From Nanobdellota archaeon (GTDB lineage: Archaea > Nanobdellota > Nanobdellia > SCGC-AAA011-G17 > JACPNG01): a stretch of DNA of 29,398 nucleotides. Both the position numbers and the translations under genes were made by a program. Under the pieces are notes generated by a model. The model was not told where the DNA came from, searched no databases, and worked only from the letters and a program-made list of their open reading frames with translations. Location: the NCBI GenBank assembly GCA_038046345.1, contig JBBSWJ010000031.1, forward strand, positions 1-29,398. The letters run 5' to 3'. The first letter of the stretch is position 1; every line of letters begins with the position of its first letter. Of this stretch, positions 17,279 through 25,475 are shown in pieces.

Positions 17279-17841
17279 TTTCCTCTACCTTTGTTGGCTC
17301 TTAAGCTTGGTCTTATTTTTTCTGTGCCTTTTCCTTTGTGGCGTAGCCCTCTGTATTTTCTTCCTGCGCTTGTTATACCTCTATGTGCTTTGCCAACTGT
17401 TCTTCCAACCCATTCATAACCTTTGTATGTTGAAACTTTTTCTCTGTCTGCTAGAACTATTTCATACCATATATATAATCCATCTTTTGATACCCAATAA
17501 CTACCTAAAACTTCACAATTCCTGCATTTTCTTGCTGCTTTTTCTTCGGCTATGATTTGGTGATTTTTTTTTAATACGAATTTTCTTCTGTAATTTACTG
17601 GTTTTCTTCCGCTCATGAACCTAGGCCTTAATTTTCCGCCACGATTTACCTTTACTCTAACTATTGAAAATCCTTTTTTTGCTTTATAACCGTACTGTCT
17701 TGCTTTATCAATCCTTGTTGGGTGTTCTATTCTGTTTACAGTTTGTTCCCTTCTTAATTGGATTAGTCTTTCTTTCCATAATCCTCCCAGCCCAACCTTT
17801 GGCTTTTTGTAAAGTGCTTGTACGTATTTTTGATATCCCAT
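17275..17841 (-). CDS. rpl15e: 50S ribosomal protein L15e
   Basis: RIEHPTRIDKARQYGYKAKKG, RVKVNRGG, AEEKAARK, VLGSYWV and RGITSAGRKYRGL. Start moved to ATG 17841. Confidence 0.97.
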   Translation of the reverse strand: MGYQKYVQALYKKPKVGLGGLWKERLIQLRREQTVNRIEHPTRIDKARQYGYKAKKGFSIVRVKVNRGGKLRPRFMSGRKPVNYRRKFVLKKNHQIIAEEKAARKCRNCEVLGSYWVSKDGLYIWYEIVLADREKVSTYKGYEWVGRTVGKAHRGITSAGRKYRGLRHKGKGTEKIRPSLRANKGRGN

Positions 17842-17915
17842 TCCTTTATAACCCACAATAGCTATTTTTAAGTTTTTCGGGGAACATTTTTATAATTATC
17901 TCTGTTTAAGATATC

Positions 17916-18620
17916 GTGGCTAAAGTTGTTAAGCTTGATACTGGGGTTAAAAGGCAAATAAGAAAGGTGATCCTTAAACAGAGCAATGGTAATAACCACA
18001 ACAATGACCCTCTTAGCTTATTTATTTCATTGAGCGGTGAACCATCATTTCAAGTTGTACGCGGTTGTAATACTAAAAGGGAGGGTGATTCTTTGTTTAT
18101 TATTAATTATCATGGAGAACTTGGTATACCATCAGGTGTTGGTTTGTCAGTGGATTATGATGTTGAGATTTTAGGAGCTATTGCTTCACCTGTTTATATC
18201 AATGGTAAGCGCGGTGATGTTACACTATGTTTGCCAAGAGATTATGAATGTGAAATTTATGCTAGTAGCGCTTCTGGTTGTGTACATGTGGATGGTGTAA
18301 CAAGATCAGATGATCGTTTAGTTGCTATTTCTTCAGAGAAAGGGGCGTCTGCCAATGTGTATCATGGAGATCTTCTGAGAAAATTTATGACACAACAAGA
18401 TAGATTTAGTGTGACTATGGATAATGATGGTATCCACTTAGATCAGTGCTGCGTAAGTAGAAAGCCGACTCATTTAGATGCATGTATGGCTCATAAGTTG
18501 ATTCATGTTGTAAGAAGTAACGCAAATATAGAAATAAGACATTTAGGTTTTGAAGTACCTCAAATAAGACATAGTGGTAATGTCATTCCTTTGCGCAGTG
18601 AGTTAAATAAGCCACGTTAG
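17916..18620 (+). CDS. Hypothetical protein, partly DUF4097/adhesin-like beta repeats
   Basis: GTG start 21 nt after TTTTATAA; the segment GDVTLCLPRDYECEIYASSASGCVHV resembles DUF4097 repeats. Confidence 0.55.
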   Translation: MAKVVKLDTGVKRQIRKVILKQSNGNNHNNDPLSLFISLSGEPSFQVVRGCNTKREGDSLFIINYHGELGIPSGVGLSVDYDVEILGAIASPVYINGKRGDVTLCLPRDYECEIYASSASGCVHVDGVTRSDDRLVAISSEKGASANVYHGDLLRKFMTQQDRFSVTMDNDGIHLDQCCVSRKPTHLDACMAHKLIHVVRSNANIEIRHLGFEVPQIRHSGNVIPLRSELNKPR

Positions 18621-18808
18621 AGTCCAAACTGAAGGGTAAGTAGTTAAGCAAACACATGGTTCTGGGTTATAAGTTGTATGTCTAAATCCCATCCATCTTA
18701 ATTAATGAACAATCAACTCTTAATGACAACATTTTTTTATTAATCCACGTCAAGTAGACGCACAAATTTTAAGAAAATTTTATAAATACACTGCTTTTAA
18801 TTGTTTAC

Positions 18809-19207
18809 ATGGTTGATTTAAATATGAAGCAAACGGATGCAGCATCTTTAAAACCAGGTAATTATGTGGTGTTTGATAATGTTGCTTGTGTTGTTAAAAG
18901 TGTTCAGAAATCTAAGACTGGAAAGCATGGTAGTGCTAAGTGCCGTGTTGAAGCAGTAGCCATAAATGATGGGCGTAAAATTATTAAGATTCTTCCAGGT
19001 CATGATAATGTTTTTGTACCAATAATTGAGAAAAGAACTGCGCAAGTTTTAAGTATGGTGAATGATAAAGCAAATGTTATGGATGTTGATACTTATGAAA
19101 CATTTGATATTACAATCCCGGATGAGATTAAAGAAGATATTAAAGAAGGAGCGCAAGTGGCATATTGGACTATGCTTGGTCAGAAGGTTTTGAGAGGTAA
19201 AAAATAA
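18809..19207 (+). CDS. eif5a: Translation factor eIF5A (aIF5A)
   Basis: Hypusine loop SKTGKHGSAK, LKPGNYV and VMDVDTYETF. Confidence 0.97.
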   Translation: MVDLNMKQTDAASLKPGNYVVFDNVACVVKSVQKSKTGKHGSAKCRVEAVAINDGRKIIKILPGHDNVFVPIIEKRTAQVLSMVNDKANVMDVDTYETFDITIPDEIKEDIKEGAQVAYWTMLGQKVLRGKK

Positions 19208-19377
19208 TGGCAAAATTTCCTGAGGCTGCAGCAAGATTACATCGTGGTGTTTTTGTGTGTAGAAAGTGTAAGACAAAAAAACGTACAGACATGCAAAGAG
19301 TGTTACAAAAAAAGGTGGCCTGTAGGTCTTGTGGTTGTAAAGCATTTAGACCTATAAAGAGCAAGGCTAGTAAGTAG
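19207..19377 (+). CDS. rpl40e: 50S ribosomal protein L40e (not in the ORF track)
   Basis: MAKFPEAAARLHRGVFVCRKCKTKKRTDMQRVLQKKVACRSCGCKAFRPIKSKASK (56 aa): FPEA start, two CxxC pairs, FRP. TAATG-coupled to eIF5A and abutting the next ATG. Confidence 0.88.
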   Translation: MAKFPEAAARLHRGVFVCRKCKTKKRTDMQRVLQKKVACRSCGCKAFRPIKSKASK

Positions 19378-20535
19378 ATGAATCTTGATATAGTATTAGC
19401 GTTAGCATTTTACTTTATTATCATTATTATTTTTTTTTGGAAGCGTGATAAGTTTGTTGTTCAGAATAAGATATTTATTATGTATCGCACAAAGATTGGT
19501 CTTTCTTTGATGGATTGGCTTGCTAAGAAAGTTCCGCGATTGCTGAATCTTCTTGGGTATTTGTCTATATTTATTGGTTTTATTGCAATGGCTGTAATTG
19601 TTGTTATGTTAATATGGCTTACTGGTAAGCTGGTGTTCGTTCCTGGATCAGATCCTGGTCTTGCTCCAATACTGCCAGGTGTTCAAGTAAGTCCAGATTT
19701 GCCTGTACTTGGGTTTTGGCATTGGATTATTAGCATTTTTGTCTTGGCATTGGTTCATGAGTTTTTTCATGGGGTTTATTCCAGGCTAAACAATATTCCA
19801 GTTAAATCGTCCGGTGTTGCATTTCTTGGCCCTATACTTGCTGCTTTTGTTGAGCCTGATGAAGAGATTCTTTCAAAAAAGTCAAAGAAAGCTCAATTAG
19901 AGGTTTTTAGTGCTGGGCCGTTTGCTAATTTTTTAACTGCTGGCTTTTTTATTTTGATACTTAGTCTCATCCTGAATCCATTAATATCTTCTCTTGCTGT
20001 TCCTGGTTTGGAGATTGTAGATGTTAGTGCTGGTTCACCAATTGATCTAGCAGGGATAATGGCTGGGGATTATTTAATGGAATTAAACAATGTTGAAACT
20101 AAGGATACTAATAACTTTAGAAAGGCTGTTGTCGATCTTGTTCCAGGGGTTGTAGTAAAAATTCGTACTGATAAATCTGAGTATTCTGTTGTTGCTGTTG
20201 AGAATCCTGACAACCCATCAGTTGGTTTCCTTGGTTTTAAGGTTACTAATTCACAATTAGACAAGGATGATCATCCTGTTTTGATTTGGATTTATTTTTT
20301 AGTGTTTTGGGGGGTTATACTGAATATCGGGGTTGGATTATTTAATTTATTACCTCTTGGTCCAGTGGACGGTGGCAGAATGTTCTTAACTGGTATTTCT
20401 GTTTTTATTAAAGACAATGAGAAGGCTAATAAATTATATTCTTTCATGACTGTTTTCATGCTTTTGTTAGTTTTCATTAATATTTTGCCTTGGTTATGGA
20501 AGCTTATTCTTTATTTGATAGGCATTTTTGTTTAG
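19378..20535 (+). CDS. Site-2 (M50) intramembrane metalloprotease with PDZ domain
   Basis: HEFFH zinc motif, AFVEPDE, SAGPFAN, PDZ segment (SAGSPIDLAGIMAGD) and FNLLPLGPVDGG. Confidence 0.95.
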   Translation: MNLDIVLALAFYFIIIIIFFWKRDKFVVQNKIFIMYRTKIGLSLMDWLAKKVPRLLNLLGYLSIFIGFIAMAVIVVMLIWLTGKLVFVPGSDPGLAPILPGVQVSPDLPVLGFWHWIISIFVLALVHEFFHGVYSRLNNIPVKSSGVAFLGPILAAFVEPDEEILSKKSKKAQLEVFSAGPFANFLTAGFFILILSLILNPLISSLAVPGLEIVDVSAGSPIDLAGIMAGDYLMELNNVETKDTNNFRKAVVDLVPGVVVKIRTDKSEYSVVAVENPDNPSVGFLGFKVTNSQLDKDDHPVLIWIYFLVFWGVILNIGVGLFNLLPLGPVDGGRMFLTGISVFIKDNEKANKLYSFMTVFMLLLVFINILPWLWKLILYLIGIFV

Positions 20536-20569
20536 ATAAATTTTTAAAAGTTATTTTTGTTATAATGTT

Positions 20570-21316
20570 ATGCTTGTTGATATTCATGCCCATCTTGATT
20601 TTAATGATTTTGATGTTGATCGTAGTATAGTTATTGATCGCGCAAAAAATGTTGGTGTCTCGTTTGTTATTTGCAATGGTGTTGATATTGCTAGCAACAA
20701 AAAAATTCTCAGTCTTTCTAAAAAATTTTCATTAATCAGACCAGCATTTGGTTTGTATCCGCTTGATGTTGTTAAACTTTCTAAAAAAAATGTAGACAAA
20801 ACTTTTGATTTCATTGAAAAACATGTTGATGATTGTGTTGCATTTGGTGAGATTGGTTTAGACTACACGGATAACTTGCATATTGACAAACAAAAGGAAG
20901 TTTTGCTGCGTTTTTTTGATCTTGCTAAAAAGTATGATAAACCTGTGATTCTTCATTCAAGGAAAGCAGAGTCAGATGTGGTTAAATTAGTCCAAGAGTC
21001 AGATGTAAAAAAGGCCGTATTTCATTGTTTTAGCGGTAAATTTAGGCTTGTTAAAGAAATTGAGAAATTAGGCATGTATCTATCCATTCCGCCAATTATT
21101 AATCATTCTGAACATTTTCAAAAAATTGTGAAAGAGGTTAGCTTAAAGAATTTGTTAACTGAAACTGACTCTCCTTTTTTGTGTAATGTAAAAGGTGAAC
21201 GTAATGAACCAAAAAATATTGTGTTTACAATAAATAAAATATCCCAAATTCTTCAGCTTGATCCAACAGAAGTTGAAAAAATAATTTTTATGAACGCAAA
21301 AAGTATTTTTTTCTAA
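20570..21316 (+). CDS. tatD: TatD family nuclease
   Basis: DIHAHL, GEIGLDY, LHSR, FHCF and LTETDSPF motifs. Confidence 0.95.
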   Translation: MLVDIHAHLDFNDFDVDRSIVIDRAKNVGVSFVICNGVDIASNKKILSLSKKFSLIRPAFGLYPLDVVKLSKKNVDKTFDFIEKHVDDCVAFGEIGLDYTDNLHIDKQKEVLLRFFDLAKKYDKPVILHSRKAESDVVKLVQESDVKKAVFHCFSGKFRLVKEIEKLGMYLSIPPIINHSEHFQKIVKEVSLKNLLTETDSPFLCNVKGERNEPKNIVFTINKISQILQLDPTEVEKIIFMNAKSIFF

Positions 21317-21387
21317 ATTTTTTTGTGAATAGAAACATTTAAATATAAATAAACTTGATATAACAAGTATTATACTAATAAAAAAGT

Positions 21388-21397
21388 GAGGTGAGGT
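21388..21397 (+). promoter_or_regulatory. Strong Shine-Dalgarno site (tandem GAGGT GAGGT)
   Basis: Ends 3 nt before ATG 21401; TTTAAATA TATA-like box at 21338-21345. Confidence 0.7.
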
Positions 21398-21400
21398 TAA

Positions 21401-21481
21401 ATGGCTGCAAGAAAAAGAAAGGCTGCTAAGAAGTCTTCTTCGCGTAAGAAAACAGTAACTAAACGAAGAAAGAGAAAATAA
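21401..21481 (+). CDS. 26-aa ultra-basic, protamine/histone-tail-like peptide (not in the ORF track)
   Basis: MAARKRKAAKKSSSRKKTVTKRRKRK*: 15 K/R and no acidic residues, with its own SD, an upstream TATA and a downstream T-rich tract. Confidence 0.72.
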   Translation: MAARKRKAAKKSSSRKKTVTKRRKRK

Positions 21482-21502
21482 ACAATTTGAAGACTTTTCT
21501 TT

Positions 21503-22123
21503 TTAATTTTTCTTTATTAATTTTTTTAAATTATCTATATCGATGATCTTGCCGTTAGGTCCGGGATTTATTATTATTGTATCACCTAATTTATCAGTTC
21601 TTGAAAATGTTTCATGTATATGCCCGCATAGTAGGAGTAATGGTTTTAGTTCTTTTATTGCATAATTAATTGATTTATTGCCAACATGTCCGTATCGTGG
21701 TATTTTATCCACATTTGTTCCGTGCGGTGGTGCATGTGTTATCATGATCAGCGGTAGTTTTTCTATGCTTTCTTTTACTTTTTTTGTTAATACTTCTAAT
21801 CTTTCATCTTGTTTTGTGAATCCGCCGCCGCCATATCCAAAAATGCTAAAGCTATCTGTGGTGATAATTCGTTCATGTGCGTTTATAACATTATCCAGTT
21901 CTTCGCACATCTCTTCTACTGGTTCTCCTTCTTCATGGTTTCCAGGTATTATTATAACTGGTTTTCTTAACTTGTTAAATTGTAATAATATCTTTTCAAT
22001 CATACCCCCATACCATGTAAAGTCACCGCAGCATATAACCATGTCAGCGCTCTCTGCTTTTTTCTTTACGCTCTGGAAACTCTTATCATTTGCGTGGTGA
22101 TCTGTAAATGCTAGTATTTTCAT
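21503..22123 (-). CDS. Calcineurin-like metallophosphoesterase (Icc-related)
   Basis: FTDHH, CCGDF, IPGNHE, ITHAPP and LCGHIHE, ending INPGP. Confidence 0.92.
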   Translation of the reverse strand: MKILAFTDHHANDKSFQSVKKKAESADMVICCGDFTWYGGMIEKILLQFNKLRKPVIIIPGNHEEGEPVEEMCEELDNVINAHERIITTDSFSIFGYGGGGFTKQDERLEVLTKKVKESIEKLPLIMITHAPPHGTNVDKIPRYGHVGNKSINYAIKELKPLLLLCGHIHETFSRTDKLGDTIIINPGPNGKIIDIDNLKKLIKKN

Positions 22124-22145
22124 AGTGTTATCTATAGAAAAAACC

Positions 22146-22156
22146 TTTTTATATTT
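22146..22156. promoter_or_regulatory. Central TATA box shared by divergent genes
   Basis: TTTTTATATTT lies in a 51-bp gap between ATG 22123 (-) and ATG 22175 (+). Confidence 0.5.
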
Positions 22157-22174
22157 ATCTTTCTTTGTGATATC

Positions 22175-23086
22175 ATGTTTTATGAAAAAAAAGGTAGTAG
22201 AGTTATTGGAACTGTTTTATTTATTGCTTTTGCTGTGATCAGTGCGGCTTCAATTTTTTTATGGGCAACTGGGCTGGTTGGCTCAAAAGGTGAGGCTGTA
22301 TCACGTGAGCTGGAGTCAATGAGGATATGCCCAGATGTTAGGTTGGGCTATGAATGTGCTGATGATTCTGTTATTGTTAGTAATAACGGGCTCCATTCTA
22401 TTGACAAGCTTTTAGTACAAACTGGTGTTTTAACAACGCACATAGATTGTAATTTTGAAGCTATTAATTGTGGTCCAATTATTGGTAGGGGTGGTACTAT
22501 TGTTGATGGAGCGCTTGAAGTTTCAAATAATATGTTTGCTTCTTACGATTTACTTTTTGATCTTGGTCTCGATGGAGAATTTAGTTTTGATGTTTATGTT
22601 GATGATACTGAAGCATCCCATAAAATATTTTTGATTAAGTTTTTGGATAAGAATATTGAATTATCTGTTGGTAACGGTAAGTTGAATCTTGAGCCGGGCA
22701 GTTTGTCATCTAGTGAAGTAAAAAAAGAAGTTTGGCAGAATGTTCGTGTGGTTTGGGATGACTTTGGTACTCAGTCTGGTAAGATTACATTATTTGTTGA
22801 TGGCGCTTCAGTTGATGCGTTAGTTACAGATTTTATTGGTATGACGAATCCTGTTGTGGTGTTGGGTGATCGTAATTATGCTGGTGTTACCATGTTTGAC
22901 AATTTAAAGATTGTTGGGGCTGATGGTGGTGGTTATTCTTCTAGATTTTTTGATAAAGAATTAATTCCTGGTAGTAGCGATATACCGATACCTCTTGTAG
23001 GTGAATTTCAGCGTATTACCCCTGTTGTTACAATAGAATCAAAAGATTTTCCTTGCAGCATAAAAAGAATAACAGCTAATTGCTAA
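22175..23086 (+). CDS. Archaeal type IV pilin-like protein with a LamG/concanavalin-like domain
   Basis: KKG followed by the hydrophobic helix VIGTVLFIAFAVISAASIFLW; LamG-like strands WQNVRVVWD, ITLFVDG and MFDNLKI. Confidence 0.6.
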   Translation: MFYEKKGSRVIGTVLFIAFAVISAASIFLWATGLVGSKGEAVSRELESMRICPDVRLGYECADDSVIVSNNGLHSIDKLLVQTGVLTTHIDCNFEAINCGPIIGRGGTIVDGALEVSNNMFASYDLLFDLGLDGEFSFDVYVDDTEASHKIFLIKFLDKNIELSVGNGKLNLEPGSLSSSEVKKEVWQNVRVVWDDFGTQSGKITLFVDGASVDALVTDFIGMTNPVVVLGDRNYAGVTMFDNLKIVGADGGGYSSRFFDKELIPGSSDIPIPLVGEFQRITPVVTIESKDFPCSIKRITANC

Positions 23087-23101
23087 AAAAAGAAAAAAAA
23101 A
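23085..23101 (-). terminator. Oligo-T terminator (T9-C-T7 on the minus strand)
   Basis: Begins 2 nt after the stop of the minus-strand acidic micro-ORF. Confidence 0.55.
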
Positions 23102-23102
23102 G

Positions 23103-23213
23103 TTAGGAACAGTATCCAATCATGAACCCTTCTTCTTCTGTATCGATCTCACCAGTGTCTAGCATTTGAGCTCTTTCATCGTCTGAATATATGTCTGTAT
23201 CTTTATTGTTCAT
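23103..23213 (-). CDS. 36-aa acidic peptide (not in the ORF track)
   Basis: MNNKDTDIYSDDERAQMLDTGEIDTEEEGFMIGYCS*. SD GGGGGTG lies 6 nt upstream, the start overlaps the upstream stop, and an oligo-T tract follows. Confidence 0.68.
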   Translation of the reverse strand: MNNKDTDIYSDDERAQMLDTGEIDTEEEGFMIGYCS

Positions 23214-23439
23214 ATTTAACACCCCCGCTTGTTGGTAATCCTCTCAAAAGTTCACTAAAAACTTTTTTTATTGTAGCTTCATCTATCATGTTGTTGTCTT
23301 CCCTGTTTTTTTTATTAGTATTTTTTAAAGATTTTTTTGTAGCTATATGTTGGAACAGAGCATATCTGCGTTTATGCATCTCGCGGATATAGTCCTCCCA
23401 ACTAAGATAGTTAGCATTTTTCAGTCTAAACGGCCACAT
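23203..23439 (-). CDS. Small hypothetical protein (78 aa)
   Basis: Start moved to ATG 23439 (MWPFRLK), which has SD GGGGTGA at 23445-23451 and TTTATAAA further upstream. Confidence 0.6.
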   Translation of the reverse strand: MWPFRLKNANYLSWEDYIREMHKRRYALFQHIATKKSLKNTNKKNREDNNMIDEATIKKVFSELLRGLPTSGGVKYEQ

Positions 23440-23543
23440 TATGTTCACCCCCAGATTTTGGTTATCAATTATGTAGTATAAAGCATTTTTTTTTATAAAC
23501 TCTATCAACAGGTGACATGACGGCGTGGCGTATACAAACTAAT

Positions 23544-24590
23544 TCATTGTTTAATACCAAAGAAATAAGTATTTGTTTTACCACCGTGCTCTAATATTTT
23601 CCCTTCTGAACTTATAATCCTAGCTTCTACTAAATCGTAAAGAATTCTTTGAAAAGTTCTATAGGATTTATCTCCAGTATAAAACTCAAAAAGATCGCGT
23701 GTGCTATTGCCAGGATGGTCTTTTATAAGTTTTAAGATTTCTTTTTCGCTGTCTTTGAGCTGTGTTTCTTTGTTTATGATAAAAGAATTAATAGACCTTA
23801 ATGCTTCTCTAGCATCTTTCTCTTCAATTATTCTTGATGCCCTGCACTCAGCGCAATTTCCTGCTTCTCTGAGTAGGTGTAATCCAAACCTGATGTCACC
23901 TGTTTTAATTGTTGTATCTACAATAGTATTAAATGCGCCTTCTGAAAACACACCCTTTACAAACGCATAATTCTTCCGTTGTTCAAGGATATCACGTGTT
24001 TGTCCTGCAGTATACTTAGCAAACTCTAATTCTTTAAGAGGTAATCTTGATCTTACCCGCGAGTCTATATCTTGTATAACCTCTCTATCATTAGAGATCA
24101 GTATGAAAGTTTTTCTATAGATACTCTCAATCAAATTGTATACTACATTATGATCCTCTAGTTTATCAAATTCATCAAAAACAATTACTGCTGAATCTTT
24201 GTTTAGTATTTCACTAATCTTTTTAATCAGTTCTTCTGTATTTTTATCTTGTGTCCACGAATATCCTATCTGCTCGCATATGCCTAAGCATACTCTATAC
24301 GCAGTTTCTTTCTTCCAACAATTAATATAGATTAATCTTACCTTGTCAGTTGTTTGTTTTAATTCTTGGATAACATGTTTTATACTAACAGTCTTGCCAA
24401 CTCCCGGCTGGCCATAAACAAGTAGGTTGCTTCCATTTCTTCTGTTGAGCAAAGGTTTTATGCATGTTGCTATAACCTGTTGGTGCTCCTCCCTGTGCTT
24501 GATTTGTTTAGGCTGGTAGTCAAAGTCTAGATGCTCAGGGTTTAGAAACACTGATTCATCATCTTTTAGCATCCCCTCAAAAAGCCCCAT
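23544..24590 (-). CDS. cdc6: Cdc6/Orc1 family AAA+ replication-initiation protein
   Basis: DFDYQPKQIKHRE, Walker A GQPGVGKT, YINCW, Walker B VFDEFD, RVRSRL, GDIRFGLHLL and a short C-terminal wHTH. Confidence 0.92.
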   Translation of the reverse strand: MGLFEGMLKDDESVFLNPEHLDFDYQPKQIKHREEHQQVIATCIKPLLNRRNGSNLLVYGQPGVGKTVSIKHVIQELKQTTDKVRLIYINCWKKETAYRVCLGICEQIGYSWTQDKNTEELIKKISEILNKDSAVIVFDEFDKLEDHNVVYNLIESIYRKTFILISNDREVIQDIDSRVRSRLPLKELEFAKYTAGQTRDILEQRKNYAFVKGVFSEGAFNTIVDTTIKTGDIRFGLHLLREAGNCAECRASRIIEEKDAREALRSINSFIINKETQLKDSEKEILKLIKDHPGNSTRDLFEFYTGDKSYRTFQRILYDLVEARIISSEGKILEHGGKTNTYFFGIKQ

Positions 24591-24599
24591 ACGGCTGAA

Positions 24600-24628
24600 A
24601 CCACAAATACACTTTTAATCTTTGTGGT
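24600..24628. promoter_or_regulatory. 8-bp inverted repeat bracketing a central TATA-like element
   Basis: ACCACAAA-(13 nt including CTTTTAAT)-TTTGTGGT in the 50-bp divergent gap at cdc6. Confidence 0.5.
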
Positions 24629-24640
24629 ATTCTACTAAAT

Positions 24641-25027
24641 GTGAAAGCAGAGGATAGAATAATGGAAGGTGAGATAGTTCCATTATTAGGTCATCCAAAA
24701 ATTTTTACCAAAACGTTTACGGAAATAACTGATAACTTTGATCTTGGGTCTAGGGTAACAGAGATATCTCAAGGTGAAGCAATCAATATTGAGGTTTATA
24801 CTATAATATACTGCAGGCATATCGTTGAACTATCCCTTACCCGCTTGAGTGATGCTTGCTGGGAGTATAATGAAACTATTAAAAGAAACCACCATGACGA
24901 AGAGGTTATGCATCATTTTTGTGAGTTAGGCGGGTATAAAGATCTTTTTGATAAATTAAACGAAAGATGGATAGCTGCTTTGAAAAAGGCTGCAGAACTT
25001 AGAAGATTGGAGGAATCAAAAAGATAA
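24641..25027 (+). CDS. Hypothetical protein
   Basis: 128-aa ORF with protein-like composition; start is GTG 24641 or ATG 24662. Confidence 0.55.
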   Translation: MKAEDRIMEGEIVPLLGHPKIFTKTFTEITDNFDLGSRVTEISQGEAINIEVYTIIYCRHIVELSLTRLSDACWEYNETIKRNHHDEEVMHHFCELGGYKDLFDKLNERWIAALKKAAELRRLEESKR

Positions 25028-25029
25028 TT

Positions 25030-25440
25030 TTGGGCTGTGGACTTGGTACTATGATGAAAGATTTTGGGATGCGGACTAAATGGCAGATCTATGAAGGAGC
25101 TGATAGTGCTGGTGATCGGTATACTGTTCACAAAAGTCAGCTTGTGTTCTGTCCTGGTTATCCGCTCTATGATATGTTTGTTTTAGTGAGCGAGTTAGGT
25201 AAAGATAAGCATACAATCAGTTACTCAGTTAGGGTGCATGGCAGTAACGAAGATATTATAGGCGGAGAAAGAGAAGTGTCAAGCGAAAAGAATATCTTAA
25301 ATGCAATTGTTGATTGGTATAAAGATGATGAATGTGGTGGTTTGCTTATGTTTTGTGAAATACTAGAACTGATAGGATGCAGTGGGAGTATCAAGAAACT
25401 AGATCAAGAAGGAGATTGGATTAAGTATAATAATGCTTAA
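25030..25440 (+). CDS. Hypothetical protein
   Basis: Follows the previous ORF after 2 nt; start uncertain (TTG 25030 or a downstream ATG). Confidence 0.55.
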   Translation: MGCGLGTMMKDFGMRTKWQIYEGADSAGDRYTVHKSQLVFCPGYPLYDMFVLVSELGKDKHTISYSVRVHGSNEDIIGGEREVSSEKNILNAIVDWYKDDECGGLLMFCEILELIGCSGSIKKLDQEGDWIKYNNA

Positions 25441-25475
25441 ATAGAATAATTTACTGTTATTACACGGGTGAAGTT

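Noticed and set aside
18621-18808. Possible 29-codon minus-strand ORF (MGFRHTTYNPEPCVC...)
   Set aside because: No SD or TATA at suitable spacing, and it overlaps the 3' end of the + strand gene.
23440-24640. Canonical ORB origin boxes next to cdc6
   Set aside because: No TTCCAGTGGAAAC-like sequence was seen. The G-runs present (GGGGTGA) sit at Shine-Dalgarno distance from ATGs.
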